Assembly: GCA_964016885.1 (NCBI GenBank)
Contig: OZ024747.1
Coordinates: 79,670,001 to 79,734,000, forward strand
Direction of reading: 5' to 3'
Source of the DNA: Eledone cirrhosa
Lineage: Eukaryota
Length of the DNA: 64,000 nt
A program made the position numbers and the translations under genes. The notes below the pieces were generated by a model. It saw only the letters and a program-made list of their open reading frames with translations, was not told where the DNA came from and ran no database searches. Positions 63,180-64,000 of the stretch are shown piece after piece; the first letter of the stretch is position 1; every line of letters begins with the position of its first letter.

Positions 63180-63768
63180 AGCTTTGCCTTTCATCCTTGC
63201 GGTGTCGATAAAATAAAGTACCAGTAATGCACTGGGGTCGATTCAATCGACTTTCCCAATCTCCAAAGTTGCTGGCCTTGTGCCTTAAGTAGAAACATAA
63301 TTATCAAGCAAGGGATAATAATTGTTTCTACTTTTGGCACAAGGCCAGCAAACAACCAGTGTATTACTGGTACTTTATTGTATCGACCTGGCAGTATTAG
63401 TAGTGTTGGGCAAAATGTTTAGTTAGAAATTACTACGTTACCCCCGTCAAGGTTAGCCTTGCCTTTTATCCTTCCTGGGTCGATAAAATAAAGTGCCAGT
63501 GAAATACAGAGGTCGATATAATTGACTTTAGTCAATATTAAAAATAATTATTACCCCACATACCACGGGTCAAGATTTAGGACTGGCTATGGTTAAGTTT
63601 TAATTCTTTATATTTAAATTTCGGTTTGTCTTCTAGTTATACAGTAAAATTTAACCTGAAGCTCTCTATATATCTGATATTCCGACATACCTTATGGGGT
63701 CGATAAAATAAAGTACCAGTAATACACTGAGTAATTGCTGGCCTTGTGCCAAAAGTAGAAACAATTAT
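63180..63768. mobile_element. Cluster of SINE family 1 fragments in both orientations
   Basis: gcctttcatcctt..gtcgataaaataaagtaccagt..ggccttgtgcc at about 63180(+), 63318(-), 63455(+), 63690(+). Confidence 0.8.
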
Positions 63769-64000
63769 TTATTCATAACATCAGCAAAATTTCGGTAAAT
63801 TTATAATTTAAAAAAGCACCAACTAGTGTTTTAGTTTTCAACAAATCTCAGCTCAAACTTATTTAGATTCGAAAGTTTTTTACGAATAGGCTATGTAGCC
63901 CGTAAACCCCAAAAGGACGCAACACACATCGCTATAGTGTTTCACCAGCCCCTTCATTCATATAAGTGTATGTAATAATTATTTTGTATGTGTCTATGAA

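Overview
AT-rich animal genomic DNA. The SINE/RTE families, huge (TA)n tracts and histone sequences suggest a mollusc, probably Octopus-like (inference). The only clearly intact protein genes form a compact replication-dependent core histone cluster at 12.8-22.5 kb (H2B> <H2A <H3 H4> <H2A H2B>, no H1 seen). All six genes are intronless with 3' stem-loops, share promoter motifs and have a non-canonical downstream element. Positions 1-12 kb hold micro/minisatellites, SINEs, an inverted pair of RTE-LINE 3' ends, MITEs and two Penelope-type hammerhead ribozyme (HHR) candidates. Positions 22.7-53.4 kb are a nested tandem segmental duplication containing ~825-bp SINE-bearing arrays and a hierarchical GTTAGT satellite, which seems to have expanded inside a foldback element whose compact form lies at 54.0-55.1 kb. 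Positions 56-64 kb hold a Penelope-like remnant with HHR-bearing inverted repeats, a small LTR element with a tRNA-Trp primer site, palindromes and an orphan H4-type 3' end. Most ORFs in the supplied track are repeat artefacts. All alignments, folds and identity estimates were made by eye.
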